A stretch of DNA of 64,000 nucleotides, taken from NCBI GenBank assembly GCA_934130355.1, contig CAKOXV010000003.1:2655-66654 (forward strand), given 5' to 3'. Positions 50,473-61,287 of this stretch are shown here, in pieces (within the stretch, counting starts at the first letter, position 1; every line of letters starts with the position of its first letter). The notes beneath the pieces were generated by a model, which worked only from the letters and a program-made list of their open reading frames with translations, was not told where the DNA came from and searched no databases. The translations under genes were made by a program, and so were the position numbers. Origin of the DNA: an uncultured Clostridia bacterium (GTDB lineage Bacteria; Bacillota; Clostridia; TANB77; CAG-508).

Positions 50473-50512
50473 AATTGAAATATAACTTCATTTAATAGTT
50501 ATATTTCAATTT
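50473..50512. terminator. bidirectional rho-independent terminator
   Basis: aattgaaatataac / gttatatttcaatt stem flanked by A/T runs, between convergent genes. Confidence 0.6.
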
Positions 50513-50520
50513 TTTTAATT

Positions 50521-51126
50521 TTATTCAAAATCCTCAATAATCTTATTTAGCTCTTCTTTTCCATAGATTTCTAATCCATCTTGCATATTAATTAAATCTG
50601 CTTCTGTAAGATATTCACTTGAGATATTTGTTTTTTCATATAAGCTTTCTGTTCCATCTTTATTATCAATGTAAACAACAACTTTTCCATTCTCAACTTT
50701 TAGTTTAAAATGTTCACCACATACGTCATCAAATTCTTTGTATAATGTAACTTTTCCTTTTTCAAAACCTATTACTTCCCATTCTGGATATTGTTTCTGG
50801 ACTTCATTTTTGGTCATATTTACTAATTCTTGAGGTAATTCAACATATTCATTTATTGTATGCTCACATTTTTGATAATATTTTTTTAAAATTAATATTG
50901 CATTAGCAGAAACTTTTTCTTCTGTTGAAGAAACTGTTGTTGCATTACTCATTTGTTCATACTCTTCTGTACATTCATCTTCAATTACTTCTGATATATA
51001 AGTATTGTTATCATTTATTTTATCTGTTGTTTCTTCTCTTTTAAATAAAATACAAGCCGCCACTATTCCCAAAATTGTTAATAATACAATTAATATTATT
51101 TTTGTTTTATTGCTCATTTTTACCAC
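50521..51126 (-). CDS. membrane-anchored BofC-like (C-terminal domain) sporulation protein, tentative
   Basis: N-terminal TM. The C-terminal half (EWEVIGFEKGKVTLYKEFDDVCGEHFKLKVENGKVVVY...GLEIYGKEELNKIIEDFE) resembles the BofC C-terminal domain pattern. Confidence 0.4.
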   Translation of the reverse strand: MVKMSNKTKIILIVLLTILGIVAACILFKREETTDKINDNNTYISEVIEDECTEEYEQMSNATTVSSTEEKVSANAILILKKYYQKCEHTINEYVELPQELVNMTKNEVQKQYPEWEVIGFEKGKVTLYKEFDDVCGEHFKLKVENGKVVVYIDNKDGTESLYEKTNISSEYLTEADLINMQDGLEIYGKEELNKIIEDFE

Positions 51127-51234
51127 AACCCTTCCCTCTTATTATTTACAAAAATTATAAATTTATACAATGTTTGCATATTATGTAAAATTGTGATATA
51201 ATAATTTATATTATTTTATATAGGAGGCTTGTTT

Positions 51235-51606
51235 ATGGCACGGTATTTGTTAGCATTCACTTGTTCACCTTCGGATTATGTACAATACTCTATGAGAGTA
51301 TTTAAAGTAAGCAAAAATCTTAGTCCCTACGATGTCGCATTTCCCGAAAATACATTTATGTTTATATTTGTTAATTCGGATGCCAAAAATGTCAAAGAAC
51401 TCCAGGAGTCATTTGTTTATACGCAGATAAATACAAGAGCTGTTTTCAATTCTTCAAGTTCATTTCAAATAGAAAATGAAGGAAAACGCTATTTTATAGG
51501 AAAACACTGTTTTTACATGGGAGTAGAAGGTGTTTACAATCTAGAAACCGGTAGCTTCATTCCAGTGTCCTATCTAAGTGATATTGATGAAATAATTGAC
51601 ATCTAA
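51235..51606 (+). CDS. hypothetical 123-aa protein (MARYLLAFTCSPSDY...), GC-richer than its surroundings
   Basis: AGGAGG RBS 7 nt upstream. Contains an in-frame CGG codon at 51241-51243. Confidence 0.55.
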   Translation: MARYLLAFTCSPSDYVQYSMRVFKVSKNLSPYDVAFPENTFMFIFVNSDAKNVKELQESFVYTQINTRAVFNSSSSFQIENEGKRYFIGKHCFYMGVEGVYNLETGSFIPVSYLSDIDEIIDI

Positions 51607-51620
51607 CTTTACTTAGAATT

Positions 51621-51656
51621 GAGGCTATAGCATATATGCTATAGCCTCTTTTATAT
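51621..51656. terminator. bidirectional terminator (perfect palindrome)
   Basis: gaggctatagcatatatgctatagcctc followed by TTTTAT. It overlaps the comEC stop codon. Confidence 0.6.
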
Positions 51657-54043
51657 TTTTTCCATCACTCTTTATTGTAATCTCTCCCATTTCATCTGTT
51701 CTATATATTTGTATTCCAAGTAATTGCAATCTTTCTACTACTTCTTCACTTGGATGTTTAAATTTATTATTCTTACCAACACCTATCAAAGCAATTGATG
51801 GTTTAACATTTTCTAAAAACTTTAATGTGCTGGAAGATTTTGACCCATGATGTGGCACTTTCAATATATTTGCTTCAAGCTCATTAGAACAGTACATTTC
51901 CACTAATCTCTTTTCCGCCTCTTCTTCTATATCTCCCGTGAATAATACTTTTAAGTCTTTATATTCAAGTTTTGCTACAAGTGAATTATTATTAATCATA
52001 TTTTCAGCAATAAATTTTCTCTCAGGAAACAAAATTCTTATTTTTAAATCTTTTTCTATGTTTATAATATCTCCCTTTTTTACTACAACAACTGGAATTT
52101 GCTTTTCACTAGCAATTTTGCAGAATTCATCATATTGTTCACACACATCTCCTTGTTGTCCAATTATAACTTTCTCAACCTTTAACTCTCTTAATATATT
52201 TAAAACTCCGACCAACATGGTCATCATCAAAATGGCTAATAAATATGTAATTCAATTTTTTAATCTTTCTATCTAATAGATATGGAATTAATGTATTTTG
52301 TCCACCATCAATTAAAATTGTTTTATCATTTGGAGTTATAATCAATGTGCTATCTCCTTGTCCAACATCTATAAAATGTATTTCTAAATCATGCGGAATT
52401 TTAGTTATTATAATTCTCACAAGTAACACTACTATTACGACTCCAACAATTTTTCGAAAATAAGGTCTCAACTTATATTTGACTAAATATATTATATTTT
52501 TTATTCTCTTCTGTGTTTCATTGCAATTTTTTAAATGAAATATTAAATATAAATTTCTAGAAATAAAACTTATTAAATAATACAAAATAACTTGATACAA
52601 ATCCGGAGTAACCATTTTTAAATTTGCTATATTAATTTTTGAAATCAATAAAAGCCCATAAGTTGGTATTTCTATTAATTTAGCAAATGCCATTCCTGTA
52701 TTAATTGAAAAAAATGAAATTAAAATTTGAATAAATCCTCCTATTACAATTGGTCCTATTACAATACTTAACAATAAATTAGTAAGTAAAAATCCAATTC
52801 CTATTGAATTAAAGCTTACAACCATTATAGGTGCTATTACTATTTGTGCAGATATTGAAACAGATATAATATCAATTACTTTTTCACTTTTTCTTTGAAT
52901 TCTTAAAAATACATATTTCCATCTTCTATTTCTCACTTTTGCACTTTTTAAAACTTTTTCTACAATAGGCTTAAAATATATTATCCCTATTGTTCCTCCA
53001 TAAGTAAGCATAAAACTTGTACTAATTATAGAATATGGATTATTTATTAATGTTAATAATGCTGCTATTGAAATATTATTTAATGTATCACTTTTCCTAT
53101 ACAATACAAATGACATGCATACAAGACTTCCCATAACACTTGCTCTTACTACAGATACACTAAATCCTGTTATGAACATATATATCATTAGTACAACACT
53201 TGCTATGATTTTGCTTTTTCTCTTTCCTAAAATCTTTTTCGTACCACATGTAACTAAAACTATTATATAGGAAATATGCATCCCTGATACAGCAAGTACA
53301 TGTGAAATATTGCTTGTTGAAAAATCTTGTTTTATATTTTCATCTATTTGCTCTGTATATCCAAGCATTACTCCTAAAATTATTTGTGATATATTTGATG
53401 AATATGTTTTTTCTATATTATCTTTTATTTTTAAAAATATAGAATTAGACATTTGCATCATTTTATTTGCACACTTTTTTTCCAATACTTCTACTGATAA
53501 AACTTTTATAGTTCCATATATTTTTTGTGTTTTTAGAAATTTTTTATAATCGAAACCTTTATAATTTCTTGCTGTTTGAGGTTCCTGAAACACTCCTTCA
53601 ACTTCTATCTTATCTCCATATTCCAAATTTATCTTTTTGTTCACATTAATATATAAATTCTCATTTGATAATGTCTTAATTTTATATCTATTGTAATACT
53701 CTTTTTCTTTTTTATTACTTATTACAATTGCTATTATTTTCATTTCTTCTTGATCTTTAAATGTATTTTCATATCTGAAATCTTGATATTTTATAATTAG
53801 ATTAGAAATACATGACGAAATAATTATTGTTAAAATAAACTGAATTTTAAAAATTAATTTTAGATATCTTAAATATCTACTTATTGAAAAAAATTTAAAT
53901 TTCTTTTTGGTTTTAGGTAATCGAATTATGACATAAAATACTATTAGAAACAAATAAAAAGGAACTATACTTATTTTACAGTATAGCCCCCATATTATAC
54001 CTATAATATAACCAATTACCACTATAAAAATTGGTCTATTCAA
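51625..54043 (-). pseudogene. comEC: competence protein ComEC/Rec2 split by a +1 frameshift inside the metallo-beta-lactamase domain (extra base at 52210)
   Basis: The first ORF ends ...YIFISHFDDDHVGRSFKY...*. The +1 frame continues GVLNILRELKVEKVII...KVPHHGSKSS, restoring the H-x-D-x-D-H-x-G-G motif. Confidence 0.85.
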
Positions 54044-55405
54044 TTAAATTACTCTCCTTGCACCTACATATCTTTTTGCATAATATCCTGTAGTTAATGT
54101 CGTTATTTTTACTCCACCTTTTGGATTTGAAGCATGTATAAAATTTCCTTCTCCTACATATATTCCTACGTGACCTATTGCAGTATTTGCCTCATTATTG
54201 AATATAACTATATCTCCTAATTGAAGATCGTCTTTTTCCACTGCAACTCCGTTTTTAATTTGATCTTTAGATGTTCTATTAAGTGTTATTCCGAAATTTT
54301 TATATACATATTGTGTAAAACCTGAACAGTCAAATCCTGTTGCTGGTGATGCTCCCCCTGCAACATATTTATATCCTAAATAGTTTTTTGCATATTCTAC
54401 TACTTCGTCTGCACCTGTTTCTTCATTAGTACTTTGCACTATCTCTTCTTGTTCTACTTCATCATTTTCTTGTTGTTCACTTGTTTTTTCATTTTTAACT
54501 GTTGTTTCTTTTTTTAAAGTACTACCACTTCTTGATGTTACTTCTAGAACTTTTGTATCTGAAATATATTTTGCTGATACATATCCTACTCCATCTTCAA
54601 GTTTTATTTTATACCAATTTCCAACTTGGCCTATTATTTCTACTTTATGATTTTTAGAAAAACTGTCTATTTCTTCACTGTCTGTTGTTGGTTCTTTTCT
54701 TACTCTTAGTCCTTCGGCACTTACATATCCAACTTTATTTATTTCTGTAACTGTTGGCTCTTCTGTTGTTGAAATTGTTGCTGATGTTTCTTCTGTTTTT
54801 TCAGGCTGAGTTTCTTCAGGTTGTGTTTCTTCTGTTTTGTCTGGTTCTTTATCTGCACTTACATTTTCCAACATACCTTTTAGTATATTTTTTCTTATCC
54901 ATCCACTTTGAGTGTCATTTTCAATTCTTGCCCAATCATTAATTATTTCTATAACAGTTATTTCTCCTGCAATTTTTTCTTTTTCTTTAGAATTAATTAA
55001 TGGGATTATTTTGGTAATTATTTCTTTTTGTAGTGTGTATTTGTTATTTTCTTTTATTTCCACATTATTATTTGTTTCTACTGGCTGTTCTTGAACAACA
55101 TCTGGTTCAACATCTGGTTGAACCACTGTTGAATCTTCTTCAAAAGTTATTTGTTTTGTGCTAACATATCCTGTTACTTTTCCTTGTTCTGTTTGTGCTT
55201 TAACTTTGCACCATTCACCATTTTGCTCTAATATTTCTACTTCATCACCTTTGTTCAAATAGTCTAATATTACTTTTGAATCTGGTGCTTTTTTTAAATT
55301 TACTGTTTTGTCATTGATTGTTCCTGTTGCAGCATAAACTTTGGTTCCTAATATAATAAAAAAAGTTGTCATTAGTATAATTATTGCTAAATTTTTTATT
55401 TTCAT
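54044..55405 (-). CDS. secreted cell-wall hydrolase: SH3b repeats plus a C-terminal NlpC/P60 domain
   Basis: Signal peptide, three SH3-like units (GYVS..), an E/T/Q/P-rich linker, and the NlpC/P60 catalytic pattern GFDCSGFTQYVY...GHVGIYVGEGNFIHA. Confidence 0.85.
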   Translation of the reverse strand: MKIKNLAIIILMTTFFIILGTKVYAATGTINDKTVNLKKAPDSKVILDYLNKGDEVEILEQNGEWCKVKAQTEQGKVTGYVSTKQITFEEDSTVVQPDVEPDVVQEQPVETNNNVEIKENNKYTLQKEIITKIIPLINSKEKEKIAGEITVIEIINDWARIENDTQSGWIRKNILKGMLENVSADKEPDKTEETQPEETQPEKTEETSATISTTEEPTVTEINKVGYVSAEGLRVRKEPTTDSEEIDSFSKNHKVEIIGQVGNWYKIKLEDGVGYVSAKYISDTKVLEVTSRSGSTLKKETTVKNEKTSEQQENDEVEQEEIVQSTNEETGADEVVEYAKNYLGYKYVAGGASPATGFDCSGFTQYVYKNFGITLNRTSKDQIKNGVAVEKDDLQLGDIVIFNNEANTAIGHVGIYVGEGNFIHASNPKGGVKITTLTTGYYAKRYVGARRVI

Positions 55406-55501
55406 TTTTAACCTCATTATATTTTATTCTTTTCGCTTAAAGTATATAATTAAATAATAAAAAAGTCAATTACTTTTGACTTTTTTATTGCTACTACTTA
55501 A

Positions 55502-56755
55502 TTAATTAATCAATTCATTATTTATATTATTTTTTAGTTCATTCCATATTTGATTTGTTTTTATATAATCATTATAATGTTGATCAACATCTTTATCGTA
55601 CTTTTCTAATTCTTCTAATAATGCTGAAAAACAATTATCATTAAATATTTCATTTAATTTTGGTACAATTTCTTGTAGTTTTTCAATCATACTATTTATT
55701 TCGTCTCTATACTTTTCTCTATCTTTTATATAAAGCAATAATGGTTTATATTTAATCCATCCTAATGCAGCTTTTAAAAATCTTGTTTTTATATGTTCTT
55801 CTTTTACATTAATTTTTCTTAAACACTTAGGATATGTTCCTTCCATTATTTCAGTATATTTTAAAAATCCATCATGGAAATGATATACAGGTATTTTAAC
55901 TGTTTTGGCATCTCCTAATAATGTTGAGAAAAACGTATCTTCTCCTCTTGCTAAAGGTGGATTATAAAATGCTGGGATTTTTTCTCTGTTTGTTAAATTT
56001 AAGCATAATGTTGAACCTGCAACCCATTTTCCTATTCCGTCTGATTTTATTTCATATTCTCCAATTCCTCTTGCAATATCTGGATTTGCATAAGTTACAC
56101 CATTATTATTTTTCATTTTTTCTCTAATTGATTCCCAAGATATAATGTCATTACTTATTACTTCAATAAATTCTTTCATATCTTTTTCTGTAAAATCTTC
56201 AGTGTAATCTATGTATGGAATTGGTGATATATATCCACAATGATGTCCTATTGTTACATTAGCATTTTCTTTTTCCATAAATTCTAAATGTCTTAATATA
56301 TTATCTTGTTTAATCCATGAATTTTTTCCATTTTCTTTAAAAACTGCTACAGGATATTCATCATCATCCCAAAATAATAAATAGTCCATTTTATCCTTAA
56401 TTGCATAATACATTATTGTATTTCTGCCTTTAGCATGTCCATGGCCTAAAAAGAATTCCATTTCTTCTGTTTTCATTCCTTTTCTTGCTGATAACTTTTT
56501 TATTTGCTCTTTTATATCTTCTGGAGTTATATATTTTATTCTTATATCCTTGTATACAGGTGTATTTATATTATAGAATTCGTCTCTTGGTGTTTGTTGA
56601 TATGATGAATCAAATAATACAAATATAGTTATTCTTACTTTTTTATTAAATCTGCTTACTTGTTCTAATATATCTTGATAGTAACTGTTTATTATATTAC
56701 ATACATTCGATCTTCCTGTTACAAATCCTATTCCAAAATTTATTTCTTTTTCCAT
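55502..56755 (-). CDS. hypothetical cytoplasmic protein (417 aa), possibly glycosyltransferase-like
   Basis: Long ORF. The only weak hint is an LLFWDDDEYP acidic motif. Confidence 0.5.
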   Translation of the reverse strand: MEKEINFGIGFVTGRSNVCNIINSYYQDILEQVSRFNKKVRITIFVLFDSSYQQTPRDEFYNINTPVYKDIRIKYITPEDIKEQIKKLSARKGMKTEEMEFFLGHGHAKGRNTIMYYAIKDKMDYLLFWDDDEYPVAVFKENGKNSWIKQDNILRHLEFMEKENANVTIGHHCGYISPIPYIDYTEDFTEKDMKEFIEVISNDIISWESIREKMKNNNGVTYANPDIARGIGEYEIKSDGIGKWVAGSTLCLNLTNREKIPAFYNPPLARGEDTFFSTLLGDAKTVKIPVYHFHDGFLKYTEIMEGTYPKCLRKINVKEEHIKTRFLKAALGWIKYKPLLLYIKDREKYRDEINSMIEKLQEIVPKLNEIFNDNCFSALLEELEKYDKDVDQHYNDYIKTNQIWNELKNNINNELIN

Positions 56756-56941
56756 ATTTTACCTACCTATCTCCTACTTTTCTATTATAGCAAATTTATT
56801 ACATTTTGTAAAGCTATACATAAAGTTTTAATGTTAAAGCATAAATTTTATTGAATTTATTTTTTTATGATATAATAAAAAAAAAGTGACAAATTACTAT
56901 TTTAAATTGTAATAACAATAAATAGAAAAGGAGGAATAATT

Positions 56942-57514
56942 TTGGAAATATGTGAATCAATAAAGAAAAAATCCGATATAGAATTATACAAATTGTTTTT
57001 GGATGGAAATAATGATGCATTTAACTGCTTAATTATAAAACATAGAAATACACTAACAAATTTCATAATGACTTATGTTAAAAATTTAGAAATAGCTGAA
57101 GATATTGCTCAGGACAGTTTTATGTATATGATAGTAAATAAAATAGAATATGATTTTAAATACTCTTTTAAAACATATCTATATACTATAGCTAAATCAA
57201 GGACATTAAACTATTTAAAAAAAGTAAAACAAACTGTTTATGTAGAAGATGTAATTGAAAATAATGTAAATTTTGAAGGAAATACAGAAAATGAATTTAT
57301 TATTAAAGAAAACTATTATGCTCTACTCAAAACAATGAAAAAATTAAAAAAGAACCAACAAATCTCAATTTATTTATACTATTTTCAAGGTTTTTCGTAT
57401 AAAGAAATCAGTAAAATATTAAATCAAAGTATGTCTAAAACAAAAATGACAATACACAGAGCCAAAAAAATATTGAAAAAATTTTTAAAGGAGGATTATA
57501 ATTATGACAAGTGA
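56942..57514 (+). CDS. ECF-type RNA polymerase sigma-70 factor
   Basis: TTG start 6 nt after AGGAGG. Region 2 (DIAQDSFMYM) and region 4 HTH (FSYKEISKILNQSMSKTKMTIHRAKKIL). Confidence 0.8.
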   Translation: MEICESIKKKSDIELYKLFLDGNNDAFNCLIIKHRNTLTNFIMTYVKNLEIAEDIAQDSFMYMIVNKIEYDFKYSFKTYLYTIAKSRTLNYLKKVKQTVYVEDVIENNVNFEGNTENEFIIKENYYALLKTMKKLKKNQQISIYLYYFQGFSYKEISKILNQSMSKTKMTIHRAKKILKKFLKEDYNYDK

Positions 57515-58496
57515 TGATGTATTTGTTAATAATGTTTGGAAAAAGTACAACGATTATAAAAATTCAAATGTCAAAGAAAAATTTTTTGAAAGCCATCAAT
57601 ATAAAAATTCTGAAGTTAAAAGATGCTTGTGTACGATAACAAGTTTTATCTTGGGAAGCATTCTTACCACAGGAATTGTTTATGCTGGTGTTATAATATA
57701 TGATTACACTCAAAAAAGTACAACAACTAATTGGAACCAAAACATAGAATATGAATATAATCAAGATATGCTATATTCAGACGGATTTTACTATAAAAAA
57801 ATATATAGTTATAATGACTATGAAAATGCAACTCAAATATGGAATAATCTAATAGAAATGCAAGAAAAAGACTTTGAAAACTCTTTTGTAATAATAATTG
57901 CTGGCGAAAACTATGATACAACAAATTTATACATTTCCAGCATTTATAATAAAGATGAAAAAATGTATATTGACTTAAAGTCAAAAAATGAATGGAATGA
58001 AAATAACACTGTAATTTCTGCAAAAATATCAAAAAAATTAGATAAAGATTTTATTAAACTAAATAACATTCCTAATCAGCCAAATACTCCCAATGAGTAT
58101 TTAGATATAAAAAATTTGAGTAATCAATATACAATAGAAGATGCAATAAATGATGGCTGCTTTGTAGTTAAAAATAATGAAATAATTTCTGACAATAAAA
58201 AACAATTAGATAATTTTATTAATAACTGTAAACTAAATGTAGAATGTTTTTTAAGAATTTACAAATATGAATATGGAATAAAAATATCCATTTTTGATAT
58301 TGAATATAAATCTGGAAAAATAAACATGAACTGTAGATCTATTAGTTCAGGAGAAGATAAAATGTTACATCGTAGTGGAAATAGAATTGAAAAACTAACA
58401 AACAATAATATATATGATAAATATATTGTATATGCTCTTTTCGATGAATTAGGAAATCAACAAATAATATGTTCTATAAAAAAGGATAATATTTAA
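57504..58496 (+). CDS. putative single-pass anti-sigma factor/membrane protein (330 aa)
   Basis: Overlaps the sigma gene stop by 11 nt. One TM helix (ITSFILGSILTTGIVYAGVII) follows a short cytoplasmic N-terminus. Confidence 0.5.
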   Translation: MTSDDVFVNNVWKKYNDYKNSNVKEKFFESHQYKNSEVKRCLCTITSFILGSILTTGIVYAGVIIYDYTQKSTTTNWNQNIEYEYNQDMLYSDGFYYKKIYSYNDYENATQIWNNLIEMQEKDFENSFVIIIAGENYDTTNLYISSIYNKDEKMYIDLKSKNEWNENNTVISAKISKKLDKDFIKLNNIPNQPNTPNEYLDIKNLSNQYTIEDAINDGCFVVKNNEIISDNKKQLDNFINNCKLNVECFLRIYKYEYGIKISIFDIEYKSGKINMNCRSISSGEDKMLHRSGNRIEKLTNNNIYDKYIVYALFDELGNQQIICSIKKDNI

Positions 58497-58669
58497 ATTT
58501 TTTACATTTTTTTACCTTTTGGAAATATTTTTAAAAATCTATTATATAATATGAATGTTTATAACATTTATCATAAATATTCAAATTACTAATAATAATT
58601 TTGGGGTAATTTGATATTAAATACTAAAAAGGATTAAAACAACTATGAAACAATGGAGGTAAAACAAAC

Positions 58670-59455
58670 ATGAAAAAAAATACCAAATTAGCAAAACGGA
58701 TTGTATCACTAGTATTAGTCTTTATAGCTGTATTTACTACGTTTCCTATTGTACATGTAAAAGCAGACGAAGAACACTACTATGGTGGTCAAGAAATTGC
58801 TTGGCAGGATTTTGTAGTTTATAGTTCTACTGACTGGACTACAAGAATTGGTAAAATTTATAAATATGAAGGATTTACAGTTTTACTTCAAAATGGTCCA
58901 TATGGGTATTTATGGGTAGAGTATAGTACCTCTAATGGGCCTAAGCGAGGTTATATTCAAATCCCTAACGATGAATGGGGTGGAAGAGCAGATGGACTTG
59001 CTAAAGTAAAAACTTATTCAAATGTTTACTATGGTACTAATACGAGTAGTTATCGTAGAGCAGGTTCCGTTAATGCTAACGAAACTGTAGCCATTCTAGC
59101 AAAAAATGATGATTGGGTATATATTGAATATAATACCACTTCAGGTAGAAAGCGAGGATATATGTCATATTCTAATCTTGAAGTGTACAACAGACCTAAT
59201 TCTCTTCCTGATTTATATACCTACAAGAAAGATGCCGATCTAGTTTATATGGAAGGCACATATACTGTATATTCTGGTCCTACTAGTCTTTATACTGTAG
59301 TTGGTTCCGTATCTGACGAATATGTGACTCAATATGGTATAGATGTTGTTTTTAGTAATAACATCAGTTACTATATCGAATATTTGGTAGACGGTACTCA
59401 TGAATGGAAGAGTGGCTTCATTGTTTTTGGTCCCACTCCTTCTAAACAAAGTTAA
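58670..59455 (+). CDS. secreted protein with SH3b-like repeats (261 aa)
   Basis: Signal peptide ending VHVKADE. Repeated ...W(V/Y)..EY.T..G.KRGY(I/M) units. Contains an in-frame CGG-A at 58697-58700. Confidence 0.65.
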   Translation: MKKNTKLAKRIVSLVLVFIAVFTTFPIVHVKADEEHYYGGQEIAWQDFVVYSSTDWTTRIGKIYKYEGFTVLLQNGPYGYLWVEYSTSNGPKRGYIQIPNDEWGGRADGLAKVKTYSNVYYGTNTSSYRRAGSVNANETVAILAKNDDWVYIEYNTTSGRKRGYMSYSNLEVYNRPNSLPDLYTYKKDADLVYMEGTYTVYSGPTSLYTVVGSVSDEYVTQYGIDVVFSNNISYYIEYLVDGTHEWKSGFIVFGPTPSKQS

Positions 59456-59688
59456 GACAAAAAAATCGTTGTTCAAAAAGTAATAACATTCTCTAAACTG
59501 TTAGTTAAAATGTTTTAATCCTTTAAAGTATTGGTCAGGAATACTATAATAGTATTCCTGATTTTAATATTTTTATGATATTTTTTCAAAATAATTGGAA
59601 ATACTGTTAGAATTATCAAAAAAGTTAGAATAGAACACTTTATAAGTCTCCTCATCTAACTATTGATATAAAACATTTAACATTTTAT

Positions 59689-60312
59689 TCATTTTTTATA
59701 TTTTTGTAGATAACTTATATCAGCCAATCTTAATATTTTAAATTGGTTATCTTCAAAATCTAATTCATTTATAGCAACATTATGTTGGCAAAATCTTTCT
59801 CTTTCAAGGTAAAATGGTACATTTGCAACTTTTCTCATAAAAGCTTCTATTGCAACTCCATGTGAGCCAATTAAAATTGTTTTTCCTTCACTTTGTTTAG
59901 CTATTTTAAAAATAAAATTATACATTCTTTCAGAAACTTCTTGCATAGTTTCTTGTTTTGGAATTCCACTTATTTCATTAGTTTTTATTTGCGTTTCTTT
60001 TATTTCTGGTTGTATCTTGTTAACTTCTTCCCATTTCCAACCATCATAAATTCCAAAATACATTTCACATAGTCTTGAATCTTGTTCTACTTCTAAACCA
60101 TTTAATTTTGCTAATTTTTCTACAGTTTTTTCTGCTCTTCCTGACATACTTGCATATACTTCATCAAATTTTATATTTTTTAATTCCTGTGTAAGGTTAT
60201 CAATTAATAGATTTCCTCTTTCTGTAATCTCATAATCTTGCCTTCCTGTGAGCCTATTTTCTATATTTCCTACACTTTCAGTATGTCGAACTATAAATAT
60301 TTTGCATTTCAT
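59689..60312 (-). CDS. histidine phosphatase (phosphoglycerate mutase) family protein
   Basis: RHTES (RHG-type) N-terminal motif and a downstream GSHG motif. Confidence 0.8.
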   Translation of the reverse strand: MKCKIFIVRHTESVGNIENRLTGRQDYEITERGNLLIDNLTQELKNIKFDEVYASMSGRAEKTVEKLAKLNGLEVEQDSRLCEMYFGIYDGWKWEEVNKIQPEIKETQIKTNEISGIPKQETMQEVSERMYNFIFKIAKQSEGKTILIGSHGVAIEAFMRKVANVPFYLERERFCQHNVAINELDFEDNQFKILRLADISYLQKYKK

Positions 60313-60332
60313 TTTTGAATCCCCTTTATTTT

Positions 60333-61202
60333 TTATTCATCATCAGCTAATTTTTTAAATTTATAGTTTCTTTTAGGTAATACTTTTGTTATTCTATTTT
60401 CACGTAAAGCATCTAATATGTTTTCTATTCTTAATGGAATACTATCATTTTCATTTTTTATAAAGCTTAATAAATATTTTTTGTCTTCATCTGGAGTGAT
60501 TTCATACAAATCTGTTACTTCAGCTAACATTCTATACCAATCTGAACATTTTTTTATTGTTGGTTTTGTCATTACACTTCCAATTCTATTTCTAAAATAT
60601 TTAAATATAGGAATTTCTTTAAATGTAGTATTTTGAGCTAAGATATTTGCTTTTATAGAGAATAATTCATCCTCATAATACATTCCCTCTTTAAATTTCA
60701 AATTATTTCTTCTTAAAAAGTCTACATTCCAGCATTTGCTTGATACTGAGAAACTTGTATCACAAAGTAATCTTTGCTCTCTTGTTGAGTTTTCACTATT
60801 TGATAATCTATATGAGCTTCCATCTGCTCCTACACTTTCATATCCAAGATAAATAACATCATATATATTTGAATCTACTATCTCATTAATATTTTTTAAT
60901 GTGTTTTCATCATATAAACTATCATCTCCATCTAAGAAGATTATATATTCTCCCTTTGCTTTATCAATTGCTATATTTCTTGTTGCTCCAGCTGTTCCTG
61001 AATTTTTAGTTCCACTATATATTTCTATTTTTTCATTTTGCATGTTTTTAACTATTTCAACTGTTGAATCTGTTGAACAGTCATCAACAACTATTAGCTC
61101 ATAGTCTGTAAATGTTTGATTTAAAACACTATTTATTGCTCTTTCAACATATTTTTCTATATTATAACAACTTACAGCTACTGTAAATTTTGGATTATCC
61201 AT
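60333..61202 (-). CDS. family 2 glycosyltransferase
   Basis: FTVAVSCYNIEKYVERAINSVLNQT..., VVDDCSTD and FLDGDD motifs. Confidence 0.85.
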   Translation of the reverse strand: MDNPKFTVAVSCYNIEKYVERAINSVLNQTFTDYELIVVDDCSTDSTVEIVKNMQNEKIEIYSGTKNSGTAGATRNIAIDKAKGEYIIFLDGDDSLYDENTLKNINEIVDSNIYDVIYLGYESVGADGSSYRLSNSENSTREQRLLCDTSFSVSSKCWNVDFLRRNNLKFKEGMYYEDELFSIKANILAQNTTFKEIPIFKYFRNRIGSVMTKPTIKKCSDWYRMLAEVTDLYEITPDEDKKYLLSFIKNENDSIPLRIENILDALRENRITKVLPKRNYKFKKLADDE

Positions 61203-61287
61203 CTTATTTTCATTCCTTCCATTGGGCTCGTTAGAGGTGCACTTTAATGCTATTTCTTAATGTAATACAATTAGTGCACCTTTTTTG

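Noticed and set aside
40342-52230. Alternative genetic code (TGA read-through) as the explanation for the split ATPase and comEC genes.
   Set aside because: In both cases the homologous continuation is in the +1 frame and begins upstream of the stop codon. Stop-codon reassignment would therefore not restore the protein.
61203-61287. Hairpin aggtgcact...agtgcacct followed by TTTTTT, between ppaC and the GT2 gene, as a regulatory element.
   Set aside because: It is most simply an intergenic terminator. Its T-run is on the + strand although both flanking genes are on the minus strand, so its role is unclear, and nothing else supports a riboswitch.
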